Origin: a virus | Taxonomy: Duplodnaviria; Caudoviricetes | Direction: 5' to 3' (one strand) | DNA: 25,285 bases | Virus record (IMG/VR): IMGVR_UViG_3300032247_000307 | Coordinates: 1 to 25,285 of that record | Part shown: one piece after another, positions 1 through 8,822 of the stretch | How positions within the stretch are numbered: the first letter of the stretch is position 1 | Layout of the letters: each line of letters starts with the position of its first letter | The notes under the pieces: generated by a model | Told to the model about the DNA's origin: nothing | Seen by the model: the letters and a program-made list of their open reading frames with translations, nothing else | Database searches by the model: none | Program-made: the position numbers and the translations under genes

Positions 1-158
1 TCTTGATTTTTAACAATAACTTGTACAGGGTTATCTACCCCCTGATAAACTTTAATTGGGCGGCTATACACAGTTCGATTCCTTGTTGTAAATATCGCGG
101 GATCAAAAACTTGAACCTCGGCAGTATTTGGGTATAAATATGTTTTGACAGTGATCAT
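1..158 (-). CDS. Hypothetical phage protein, N-terminal part only (runs off the window edge)
   Basis: ATG at 158-156 opens a frame (MITVKTYLYPNTAEVQVFDPAIFTTRNRTVYSRPIKVYQGVDNPVQVIVKNQ...) with no stop before position 1. TAAATA motif upstream at 181-176. Not in the ORF track. Confidence 0.75.
   Translation of the reverse strand, partial: MITVKTYLYPNTAEVQVFDPAIFTTRNRTVYSRPIKVYQGVDNPVQVIVKNQ
133..140 (+). promoter_or_regulatory. T4-type late promoter-like TATAAATA
   Basis: Exact TATAAATA ~53 nt upstream of the + strand gene at 194. Confidence 0.4.
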
Positions 159-193
159 TTTCGTTGTCTTTAACATATTTACCAAGAAGTACA

Positions 194-568
194 GTGGATA
201 TAGAACACAAAACATTAATCGATAAGTATCCGTTTTTAACGTTTTTATCATACGGCGGAAACGAATACATTGGCATTATACAAAATGTTGACGATTTTAT
301 TACCACAATCTACGACTACGGCGCTATCCGTACCTTAGACGAAAGAACTCAGTTCCTAGATTTAGGTGATCAGTGGTGGTGGGAGAGTAATAGATTAATA
401 CCCATTAACGTATTTCTAAAAAGTGAATGGATCCAGTTTCGTAGTTGTCTAAAAACTATGAATAGTAAGGATGTAGAAATACAATTTGGGCCACAAGTTA
501 GCCTTAAGGAAATGGCCAACAAACGCAGTAAACGACGTAGTATTACGCTTGTTCGTAGATTAAGTTAA
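194..568 (+). CDS. Hypothetical phage protein
   Basis: ORF 164..568; GTG at 194 is the more plausible start (MDIEHKTLIDKYPFLTFLSYGGNEYIGII...WWWESNRLIPIN). Basic C-terminus; convergent with the DnaE-like gene. Confidence 0.75.
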   Translation: MDIEHKTLIDKYPFLTFLSYGGNEYIGIIQNVDDFITTIYDYGAIRTLDERTQFLDLGDQWWWESNRLIPINVFLKSEWIQFRSCLKTMNSKDVEIQFGPQVSLKEMANKRSKRRSITLVRRLS

Positions 569-1158
569 CTGAATCCGTAACTAATCTTTTCACAGATGAG
601 ATTCATGTGTACTGCAACCAACTGTGCGTATGCCACACTGTGTGATTTCTTAAAGAAATAACTATCATCTTCGGGCTGTTGCCACACAGTCTCAGCAACT
701 TCTCGCCAAGTGCGTCCGACTAAATGACGTTTACCCGGACGAATTACAGCCAGTAACATGGCCATGCGAGGAATACTATCTACAGGCTCGGGCATTTTGA
801 TCATTGTGTCATAATGATTGCCAATGTGTATTAGTTGACTACAAAAATCACGCTGTAATAACAAATCCCACAACGGCTCAGTTGCTATCAATTCTTGTAG
901 ATGTTGTTCACTCTTTATCTGTGTATATAAAGATACATTCAACAAGTCCAACTTCATATATCCACGTGCTTCTGCATCTTTGTAATCTAAACTAGATACA
1001 TTTGAAAACGGATCTTCGGGAACATCTGTTACATATACACCAGTGTTGTGTTTAACCAACTTGCCATCACGAATAATGCCCGCAGGTGTGTGTTTCAACA
1101 ATGCCAATGCTGTTTCTCTATCCCCAAAGTCAATGTCAATATCACTAGTGAATTTCAT
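565..1158 (-). CDS. Miniature DNA polymerase III alpha (DnaE/C-family)-like protein
   Basis: SDIDIDF (PDIDxD catalytic aspartates), KHNTGVY (HAxG motif), KLDLLN (KxDxLG third Asp), AVIRPG (ALxRPG) and FKKSHSVAYA (FNKSHxxAY), in DnaE order within 197 aa. Confidence 0.8.
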   Translation of the reverse strand: MKFTSDIDIDFGDRETALALLKHTPAGIIRDGKLVKHNTGVYVTDVPEDPFSNVSSLDYKDAEARGYMKLDLLNVSLYTQIKSEQHLQELIATEPLWDLLLQRDFCSQLIHIGNHYDTMIKMPEPVDSIPRMAMLLAVIRPGKRHLVGRTWREVAETVWQQPEDDSYFFKKSHSVAYAQLVAVHMNLICEKISYGFS

Positions 1159-1558
1159 TTTTTAAATACCTTACTGCATTTTCTAAACTTTTTATTATAT
1201 CGTTAAAATTACCCAGACCCAAATTACACTTGTGGCAAATCCATCCCCTAAATGTATCAGTGTCATGGTTATGGTCTGCACACCATATACCTTTCTTATT
1301 TGGATTTTTGGCTTTAATTTCGGCCTCAGTTCGTTCACATATTGGGCAAGTATGATTTACTGGTGGTGGAGGATTCTTTTTCTTTAATTCTGCAACAATT
1401 TTGCTCTGCTTTTTTGCACAAGGTTTGCATTCATATCTAAGATACTTGGCACCACCGTCAGTTCCAAACATTGTTAGCGGTAACGCTTGTTGACAAATGC
1501 CGCAGACTTTGGTATCCTCAATGAGATCAGGAAATAAATTGTGAATTTCGGTTTTCAT
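1145..1558 (-). CDS. Endonuclease VII-like (His-Me) nuclease, probably a free-standing homing endonuclease
   Basis: CPIC...DHNHDTDTFRGWICHKCNLGLG matches the Endo VII DHxH...RGxLCxxCN motif. Extra N-terminal CxxC...CxxC Zn ribbon. Confidence 0.85.
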   Translation of the reverse strand: MKTEIHNLFPDLIEDTKVCGICQQALPLTMFGTDGGAKYLRYECKPCAKKQSKIVAELKKKNPPPPVNHTCPICERTEAEIKAKNPNKKGIWCADHNHDTDTFRGWICHKCNLGLGNFNDIIKSLENAVRYLKNEIH

Positions 1559-2256
1559 AACCCTGCTGCTGTTAATACTTCTTTTACCCAGACAACATCA
1601 GCTGGATAATCTTTAAATTTCTTTTGCCAATATGCTGGATCAATATAAGGTAACACTATGCCAACTTGTTCTTCTCCGAGTTGGTCAAGGAAATCCACCC
1701 CCGATGCACAATTATATATAATCCAAGGACTGATCCTGCCACTGACAATATGGTGACAAATACGATTGCCATTGCCATACTTAAAGTAATCTCTAAAACC
1801 ATTCTTAAGCTCCGGATGATCGTCTGCATATTTTTGCATTTCCTTTAATGCTCTTTCTAGAGCGTCTTGTGGTGATTCTTTCTGTAAGTACAGCAACATC
1901 CATTCTTCATATAGACTGTCCTTACACCAAAAATCTAGTTTCTTATTATTCTTTAAGAGCCAGGAAGTAAAACTAACAAAATTGATAGCATGTATAGCCA
2001 CACAATATCGTCCGTACTTAACGAAAGCACTATAATAAGGACTAGAGCTGAAATCCTCGTAAGACTTATTTTTGGCTGGTCCTTGAGTTGTTTCATAGAA
2101 TTGTACGTAGGCTTGGTATCCAAATTGTACTCCAGTTTCGTTTTGTTGATTTGCTCTTCGTTTTTGTTCACAGAGATGCGAAAGCAGCGTTGACTCTTTT
2201 GCAAACGCTCGCTCACAATACTTACACTTATAGCTCGGCTTTGATTCGCTTTTCAT
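1555..2256 (-). CDS. Phage protein with N-terminal C2H2/C2HC-like zinc finger
   Basis: YKCKYCERAFAKESTLLSHLC. Start placed at ATG 2256 to limit overlap with the upstream gene (ORF track extends to 2328). Confidence 0.75.
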   Translation of the reverse strand: MKSESKPSYKCKYCERAFAKESTLLSHLCEQKRRANQQNETGVQFGYQAYVQFYETTQGPAKNKSYEDFSSSPYYSAFVKYGRYCVAIHAINFVSFTSWLLKNNKKLDFWCKDSLYEEWMLLYLQKESPQDALERALKEMQKYADDHPELKNGFRDYFKYGNGNRICHHIVSGRISPWIIYNCASGVDFLDQLGEEQVGIVLPYIDPAYWQKKFKDYPADVVWVKEVLTAAGL

Positions 2257-2695
2257 CCCATCCATGGGCCCTAGCCAACTGCTTAATATCATCTTTAGTG
2301 TTGAGTCTTCCGAGGAGTTCAATTTCATCTTCTTTCATATGCGGATATAGTTCTCTAAAAAACTTGCTCGCCTTGGTGTTTGATGCGGCTTTCTTTCCGG
2401 CAAGCCAGTTATGTCTATGTTTGCCCATGCCCGGGCTAACGGTACTTGCCAATAACCATTGAAATTTTTTATGTTCCGTTGTGCTTATATCAAAAAAGTG
2501 TTTGTTCAATCTTTCGTTAACGCTCATCAAATAATAAGCCTGCAAGTCTGAAGAACCTTCAACCACACTTCCCCAACGTATCATCATAAAAGGGCTAAAC
2601 TTTTTTTGTTCTTCTGGTGAGAGGTTGTCAAAGAAATCTCGATTCTTTGTATCAAACTGTGCCATTTCATATCCAATGTTTAGTTTATCTGTCAT
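2228..2695 (-). CDS. Putative clamp loader small subunit (T4 gp62-like)
   Basis: 155 aa; FSPFMMIRWGS...NERLN...HKKFQW...RHNWL resembles gp62-like proteins. Replication-gene context. Confidence 0.55.
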   Translation of the reverse strand: MTDKLNIGYEMAQFDTKNRDFFDNLSPEEQKKFSPFMMIRWGSVVEGSSDLQAYYLMSVNERLNKHFFDISTTEHKKFQWLLASTVSPGMGKHRHNWLAGKKAASNTKASKFFRELYPHMKEDEIELLGRLNTKDDIKQLARAHGWDEKRIKAEL

Positions 2696-2985
2696 ACTGG
2701 GTGGTACATTACGTTATTGTTGTCTTCTTCTAGCAGTCTATAGAATATTATAACACGTTCCAATTCTTCTGCCAAGCCAGGGTGGGTTCGTGCGCGACGT
2801 CGAATTTCTCCCCACAGTTTATCTTCTAGTACATGATCGCGTAATGGCCTTCCATCGCCTGTGCGTGGATCAGGTTTATAGTCGTATCCAATCAAAGTAC
2901 GATCAGTCTCGCCAAATTCACGGGCATATACCTCATCTCCGTTACGCTCGTAAATGTAAGTGGCACCAGGTTTAAGTTGTCCCAT
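2692..2985 (-). CDS. Hypothetical phage protein
   Basis: 97-aa ORF with ATGA overlap to the next gene. Confidence 0.75.
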   Translation of the reverse strand: MGQLKPGATYIYERNGDEVYAREFGETDRTLIGYDYKPDPRTGDGRPLRDHVLEDKLWGEIRRRARTHPGLAEELERVIIFYRLLEEDNNNVMYHPV

Positions 2986-2991
2986 AATATA

Positions 2992-3495
2992 CTACCAACA
3001 CTTAGAATAGTCCACCACTTCTGACTGGCGACTAATGTCTTTGACAAAGAATGCACATAGAGGTTTGTCTGTGCCCGATTCTAACGGTACTGCCAACATT
3101 TGTCCGGGCTTGAGTTTAGGGAAATACCATTTAACATCTTGATAGATATCCACAATTTCAACTGGGAAGAACTCTGGTTTAAAACTACTCAATGGATTAA
3201 AACAGAATACACTAAATCCCCTGTCGTTAATACTTGTTAGTGGCACCACTTCAAGATCGCCTAAGTCGTGTTCTCCAATTAGTAATTGCCAGTCAACCGG
3301 CATCTTGATAATACTTGTACCAATTTTTAATACCAATGCCGGAGCATTAAATGATTCTAGAAAGATCAAGGGTATATAAAAATAATCGGGATTTTTAGGA
3401 TCACTATTATCCAATACCGCAAATCGTAAATCTTCTACTTCATCTGGTATCTCATTCAGCTCATAAGCTGTGTTGTCTAAGGTTAATATTCTCAT
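2992..3495 (-). CDS. Hypothetical phage protein
   Basis: 167-aa acidic ORF, tightly packed downstream of the helicase. Confidence 0.8.
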   Translation of the reverse strand: MRILTLDNTAYELNEIPDEVEDLRFAVLDNSDPKNPDYFYIPLIFLESFNAPALVLKIGTSIIKMPVDWQLLIGEHDLGDLEVVPLTSINDRGFSVFCFNPLSSFKPEFFPVEIVDIYQDVKWYFPKLKPGQMLAVPLESGTDKPLCAFFVKDISRQSEVVDYSKCW

Positions 3496-3514
3496 ATCGC
3501 TTTCTTTTTAATTT

Positions 3515-4999
3515 TTATTGCCAGTCTACTTTTTCTACTGTAAACGGATAATTGGCTTCTGTATAAAATTTCTTACGTGCTGTTAAATGGCGCTTTGAAA
3601 ATTTACAAGTACTGGTTATGTCCCAGATCTGTACGAAATCCTTGTCTTCTGCTTTTCTAATACCTCGCCCAATACTTTGTATAACTCGGACAAAGCTCTT
3701 TCCGGGCTCAAGAAGAACCATATTAAAAATACGGGGGATATTAATACCCACAGCGGCCACACCATAAGTCGCCACAATAATCTTGTTAGTGCTACTCGCA
3801 ATCTCATCATATTCGTCCTTTCGATCTTTTGCCTTTGTTGATCCACTGACAAATACCACATCAGGTTTGTCACTTAATAAACTGAATAATGTGCTGAGTT
3901 CAACCTGTAACATTTTACCTGTTTCAATTCGATCAACTAGTACAAGTGTATTGCCGCCTTCTTTGATTCGATCAATTAGTTTAGCAATATACGCAATACG
4001 TTCTGCTGTGGTTGTTAGATACTTGAGTTCGCCTTGATATTCTTTGTACTCAACATGATCTTTAAGTTGTACAATATTAACGTGACACATGGCAAGATGT
4101 CCTGCGTCTTGTAATTCGCTGGCACTAAGTTTTCCGACAATTGGACCAAGTGTGCAAAATATACTCACAGCCGCATATTCTTCTTTGGGGATAGTTCCAG
4201 TTAACCCCCATCTAATAGGCACCTTTGCAAACACACTGGTGAGTAGGGTCTTTAGTGCATCTGCTTTGGCCATATGCACTTCGTCAACCATTACCAAGGC
4301 AACATCCTCTACAAACTCACCAATGGTGCATTCGGCATTACCTGTTTGTGTTGCTTTAAGTAGCACATTTAAACTTTGCCAGGTACAAATAGTATGTTGT
4401 TTACCCCACTCCTTACGGTCGCCAAAGTAAACACCCACATCCAGTCCTAGGTTCTTATAGTCGGCTTCGGTCTGCGTCACTAGACTCTTGTTGGGTACAA
4501 TAACAATACTACGCCCATACTTTTCTGCCATCAAACTCAGTGCCGCTGTCATAATTGTTTTACCAGCACCAGTTGCAATCTCTTGCACACTCTGTGGATT
4601 TTTTATAAAGTTGTTTATGATCTCAACTTGATAATCGCGGAACATGATAGGTTGTCCTGCTTGCGGATGATCCGCAGGCCAAGTTTTATGTGCAAATGTG
4701 TCTTCTCTAAACTCGTCAAATTCTACTAGATTACTGTATTCCCGTAGATCAACAATTTCTATATCGTAACCTTCTGCATCAATGATAGAAAGAATCTCTG
4801 GAAGAAGATTAATATAACTACTTCCGCCCAACTGGAAATAACTTACTTTACCGTCCCAACGGCCTAGACGTACCGCGGGCAAATAACGTGCGCCCGGAAT
4901 TTCGTACTTGAATTTGTCCACTAACTTCTTTCTAGTAGATAATTCAAGACCTTCTATTTTAACGTTGACTTCGTCTTTAATTATTAATTTGGCTTGCAT
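3515..4999 (-). CDS. uvsW: Superfamily 2 DNA helicase, UvsW-like
   Basis: Q motif RDYQ, Walker A ATGAGKT, DEVH, motif III TGT, motif VI QSIGRGIR. N-terminal WDGKV segment as in UvsW; 494 aa. Confidence 0.85.
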   Translation of the reverse strand: MQAKLIIKDEVNVKIEGLELSTRKKLVDKFKYEIPGARYLPAVRLGRWDGKVSYFQLGGSSYINLLPEILSIIDAEGYDIEIVDLREYSNLVEFDEFREDTFAHKTWPADHPQAGQPIMFRDYQVEIINNFIKNPQSVQEIATGAGKTIMTAALSLMAEKYGRSIVIVPNKSLVTQTEADYKNLGLDVGVYFGDRKEWGKQHTICTWQSLNVLLKATQTGNAECTIGEFVEDVALVMVDEVHMAKADALKTLLTSVFAKVPIRWGLTGTIPKEEYAAVSIFCTLGPIVGKLSASELQDAGHLAMCHVNIVQLKDHVEYKEYQGELKYLTTTAERIAYIAKLIDRIKEGGNTLVLVDRIETGKMLQVELSTLFSLLSDKPDVVFVSGSTKAKDRKDEYDEIASSTNKIIVATYGVAAVGINIPRIFNMVLLEPGKSFVRVIQSIGRGIRKAEDKDFVQIWDITSTCKFSKRHLTARKKFYTEANYPFTVEKVDWQ

Positions 5000-5681
5000 A
5001 CTGTGTATAATACGACCTTTTAATCAAAGAGTCAAATATTGCGGAACGATCTTGATGAACTATAAGATGGTATCGTGTTTCATTACTATTATTAATTATT
5101 GTATGTCGGTTAGATATGTTTAGCATATAAGATTCACCAACTTGATATGGGACAATTCCATATTTTTCAAAATAAAAATTACACCCACTGGGTTGAGTAA
5201 TAGCAATATTGACTGGGTTCAGACAACCCGGCGGTTCTATGTCCCTGTGTACTGATATTATTCCCCCGGGAGCCAAGGCCATAACTCGCAAACGTGCAAA
5301 ACTATCCGCAGGCCAAACATTACGAAAGTAATTGACTGTAACTGGCATTAACTTCTCTGCTATCCCAGTCCATATGTAAGGCCTAGAGTCGTTGTAGAAA
5401 CTATCTTCCCTAGTTGCATCTTCACTTTTTCCGTGAATACAAAAACTCTTCCACCCTTGGTGATCTCCGTATGTGTCTCTGTGTTCTACTAGATAAGGAA
5501 TAATGTGTAATATTTCTTTATGAATTTCTTTTACTGGTAATTCTATATCTAACTTTAGCCACGGTAATTGACTTTGACTGACTATCCATTCTGCATCAGC
5601 CGTTGGATTGTAAGTGGGCCACGGCCCAACAGCCTTAATAAAATTACGGGCAGCTAGTTCACTTATCTTCTTAATATCCAT
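4977..5681 (-). CDS. Aspartyl/asparaginyl beta-hydroxylase-like Fe(II)/2OG oxygenase
   Basis: RLRVMALAPGGIISVHRD (HxD) ... NISNRHTIINNSNETRYHLIVH (distal His, Arg). Confidence 0.75.
   Translation of the reverse strand: MDIKKISELAARNFIKAVGPWPTYNPTADAEWIVSQSQLPWLKLDIELPVKEIHKEILHIIPYLVEHRDTYGDHQGWKSFCIHGKSEDATREDSFYNDSRPYIWTGIAEKLMPVTVNYFRNVWPADSFARLRVMALAPGGIISVHRDIEPPGCLNPVNIAITQPSGCNFYFEKYGIVPYQVGESYMLNISNRHTIINNSNETRYHLIVHQDRSAIFDSLIKRSYYTQYASQINN
5007..5035 (-). promoter_or_regulatory. Sigma70-type promoter for the helicase (probably leaderless mRNA)
   Basis: TTGACT-17 nt-TATTAT-7 nt-ATG, embedded in the 3' end of the upstream gene. Confidence 0.6.
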
Positions 5682-6826
5682 TTAGTACCGTTATTAATTT
5701 GTTCCAACTCCGCGTCGGTGTGCTTTAATAAATTATATTTGTAATCTAATATGTTTGACATCCATAAGTCAAATCCACTCATTTTGGTTTTATTTAAAAA
5801 ATCAATAATACTAGAATTAGTAAAAGAGAGTGTAACTCGGTGTCTAGTAGACCATAATTCAGCAAAATCTATGTTATATTCACGACATTGATTGTTGAAT
5901 ATTTCGTTAACTGTATTTTCTATGTAACCCGGATTAGATAATCGCAATTCCTCAAGTCGATCTATAGATTTGTCTAATTGAAGATTTTTTATTTTATTTT
6001 GTTTAACAAAATCTGCAACCCTCTTACCATAATTAACACCATCCCATGTGTTCCAAATCTCTTGACTAAACTCAATCTGTGTTTTACTTATGTCAACCAA
6101 ATCAATATTTGTAATTGACCGGTTTACTAGATTAAAAATCCAAAACAACCCACTTGCCGGTGTTACTAGTCTAGTATTCTCTGTTGGTATATTTAGGATC
6201 TCATTATTGAAAATCCAAAACTGTGATTCTGCAAGAGCAAAATAGTCAGTTTCTTCTGCAATATATTGTTCTATGTTCTCAGGAAGGTATATAAACTTTT
6301 TATACTCTCTAAGTTGTTGATGAAAGTTAACTACTATTCGGTTATTACTTAACTGCCGAGCAATCAGATGTTCACCAAAGTGTTCACTAACACGCATGTT
6401 ATGCCCCACAGTGGCTTTGATCCACAACGGAGTATATGTGTCATGTATATTACCTGCACTGCGTTGTACGGCGGGTATAGTGTAGTCTCCGGTACATCTA
6501 AAATCAGCGATATCAAATAACGCCAACTCAAGATAAAAGCATTGCTGATGAAGATAATAGGTCGCACCATCTTCTACTATATGTCCAATTAATCCCTTAT
6601 GTGGATAATTTTTTAATAAATCAGCAAATCGATCCCAGTCCGAGAAGATGGTGCCCGAATCAACAAACAAGGCATGAGTATGGTTAGTGTGTTTGGCCTG
6701 TACAAATCCGTCTTGCCAATTACTACAAAATATAATATCTAGAGGTCTCCGGTTGCCAAATTTTTGGAAACGTATACTGCTTAGTGTAATGTTTTGATTT
6801 GGTCCCGAGCGTATTACAATGATCAT
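5663..6826 (-). CDS. Hypothetical protein
   Basis: 387-aa ORF overlapping both neighbours; no family recognised with confidence. Confidence 0.75.
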   Translation of the reverse strand: MIIVIRSGPNQNITLSSIRFQKFGNRRPLDIIFCSNWQDGFVQAKHTNHTHALFVDSGTIFSDWDRFADLLKNYPHKGLIGHIVEDGATYYLHQQCFYLELALFDIADFRCTGDYTIPAVQRSAGNIHDTYTPLWIKATVGHNMRVSEHFGEHLIARQLSNNRIVVNFHQQLREYKKFIYLPENIEQYIAEETDYFALAESQFWIFNNEILNIPTENTRLVTPASGLFWIFNLVNRSITNIDLVDISKTQIEFSQEIWNTWDGVNYGKRVADFVKQNKIKNLQLDKSIDRLEELRLSNPGYIENTVNEIFNNQCREYNIDFAELWSTRHRVTLSFTNSSIIDFLNKTKMSGFDLWMSNILDYKYNLLKHTDAELEQINNGTKWILRR

Positions 6827-7623
6827 TTTAACGTGAGCCTAACTATTTTATCATTTGCTTTTAATAGATCTTTAAATTTTTCTATATCAGTTATATGGCC
6901 AATTGGTATTCTACCAAATATTTCCCGTTCAGACCAATCCTGCAGTCCCCAGTAAGCACACCATTGATCTTTAAATTTACCAAACCAAGTGTGAAACAGG
7001 GAGATGTCATGCGGAACTAAATCAACATCATCCAATAGAATTTTTATCTTAGGTTTAAATGTTAGCCAGGGTTTTGCTAATTCACACATACGGGTAATAT
7101 CTACAGGCTCACCATCTGACCAATATGCATATGGGGTTTTCCCTAATTCTGTCCAATCGATACAACAATCACCTATACTGAGATCAGTAGTAATTAAATC
7201 TAAATGATCTTGCGTGATGGGTTGTTCTACTTTCCCGCCGATCTCTCTATAATTAATTAATGCATGAACATTTTCCGATGTATGTTCAAGTTTAATATGC
7301 TCAATTACATGGATAGCTTCATGAAAGTGCAACCAATCATTGGTACCATCATATCCGGTTTCATAAATTTGATGTAACTTGTTTAGATCCGATTGAGTAA
7401 AGGGTAATTCTGGTAATGTGATATTTAATCTAGATGCATATTTTGATAATTCGTTAACTGCATCCTGCATGTTCCAATTATACGGATTATCAAATATGTA
7501 TTGAGGAATATCCACATGTTGTAGATGTTTTAACATAGCAACATATGTGCGTGTGGCCGCATTGTCTAATAAGTTAATTATAATTTGATTCTTTGATTCA
7601 AATTTAATGAGTATACTATCCAA
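6823..7623 (-). CDS. Hypothetical protein
   Basis: 266-aa ORF with TTG start; LNKLHQIYE...FHEAIHVIE His/Glu helical motifs suggest metal binding. Confidence 0.75.
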   Translation of the reverse strand: MDSILIKFESKNQIIINLLDNAATRTYVAMLKHLQHVDIPQYIFDNPYNWNMQDAVNELSKYASRLNITLPELPFTQSDLNKLHQIYETGYDGTNDWLHFHEAIHVIEHIKLEHTSENVHALINYREIGGKVEQPITQDHLDLITTDLSIGDCCIDWTELGKTPYAYWSDGEPVDITRMCELAKPWLTFKPKIKILLDDVDLVPHDISLFHTWFGKFKDQWCAYWGLQDWSEREIFGRIPIGHITDIEKFKDLLKANDKIVRLTLK

Positions 7624-8806
7624 GTCGTACTACTTTTCTTGGTTTATTTCCGGGGCCGCCGGTTGCTCCATATATGTCTGCAGCAATGTATACAATCTTT
7701 TCACTGCGTTGAGTCATAATTTGTTTATCGCCGCCAAATATCATTCCGGCGCTGGTCACTAACATTGGTATACGATCTAAGTTCCTAATGGGCTTGCTAA
7801 TATGTATAAACTTCACTCCGTCGGGAATAGCAGGTCTTTTATCTAGTATTACAGCGACGTCTTGGGATGGATATAATTTTGTAAGTTGCGACAATAATCG
7901 ATTACTGAGATCTGGTTCATATACTACTACCGGTAATCGATTGGTTGCAATAGAATATTCTAACACACTTGCAAAGTCGCTGGCAACTGTGTTTGTGTTT
8001 GGAGTAATCTGTACTTCTCTATGTTTAGATAAAGTTAGATACCGAGGACCCCACTGCTTGATAACCACATCCGATAATGCCGGTTCAATTGTATAGCCCA
8101 ACACTCCGGAATGATCTATTAGTTTAAGTACATTATCGTGACCGAATCCACCCAATTTATTTTCAATATGTTCACGCAGTGTGTCTGGGCAGTTGGTTAT
8201 AGATAACTGATCTTTGTCATAAACCAATTCAATACGATGCGGTGTGCGCTCTTGTGCCAGTATTAATTCATTTATAGTTTCAATTTCTTGAGTAATTTCA
8301 AAATTATTTGCTTTTGCCCAAGTATAAATCCAATTTAGATTATACTCTGTTAGTGCCACAGTCCAAACTTTTAATTCTCGATTAAACACACAAGACCCCT
8401 GGCTGGAGTTTCGGAACTCACGTAACGTTTCGATTAATTTTGAATTGTAGGGAAATTGTAAAATTATTTTATCGTTACTGATTGACACTCGGTGCGAGTA
8501 ATCCATTTTACGCAACAACATTCGCCACACCGGATTCTCAATTGGGGTTACATCAATTCCCTTTGATGCAAATTGCCGTTGATACTTTAATAGTATCTTA
8601 CATAGCAATGTGCCTTGTTTTTCAGTAAGTGGTTTGTTGTTTGCAGTGGACTCACTCATGCTGGTAAGCACATCCACATCATATCTAGCTAAACTAATAA
8701 TTGGAGTAAATCCAAGAAACCATGCACTTGTTAGTTTACCTGTGGCCACATCACGCATACCGGCCAACACTTCAAGGTAATCTTCAACGGTATTAAAAGT
8801 TTTCAT
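7616..8806 (-). CDS. Hypothetical phage protein with possible HARP-like segment
   Basis: 396 aa; LQFPYNSKLIETLREF...FNRELKVWTV resembles the FxY...W signature of HARP-type ssDNA-binding domains. Confidence 0.7.
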   Translation of the reverse strand: MKTFNTVEDYLEVLAGMRDVATGKLTSAWFLGFTPIISLARYDVDVLTSMSESTANNKPLTEKQGTLLCKILLKYQRQFASKGIDVTPIENPVWRMLLRKMDYSHRVSISNDKIILQFPYNSKLIETLREFRNSSQGSCVFNRELKVWTVALTEYNLNWIYTWAKANNFEITQEIETINELILAQERTPHRIELVYDKDQLSITNCPDTLREHIENKLGGFGHDNVLKLIDHSGVLGYTIEPALSDVVIKQWGPRYLTLSKHREVQITPNTNTVASDFASVLEYSIATNRLPVVVYEPDLSNRLLSQLTKLYPSQDVAVILDKRPAIPDGVKFIHISKPIRNLDRIPMLVTSAGMIFGGDKQIMTQRSEKIVYIAADIYGATGGPGNKPRKVVRLG

Positions 8807-8822
8807 ACTGCATTATAGCAGT
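8807..8822 (-). promoter_or_regulatory. Extended -10 promoter, leaderless
   Basis: TGcTATAAT (8820-8812) followed by 5 nt and ATG (8806); no Shine-Dalgarno. The -10 is flanked by the inverted repeat ACTGC/GCAGT. Confidence 0.6.
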
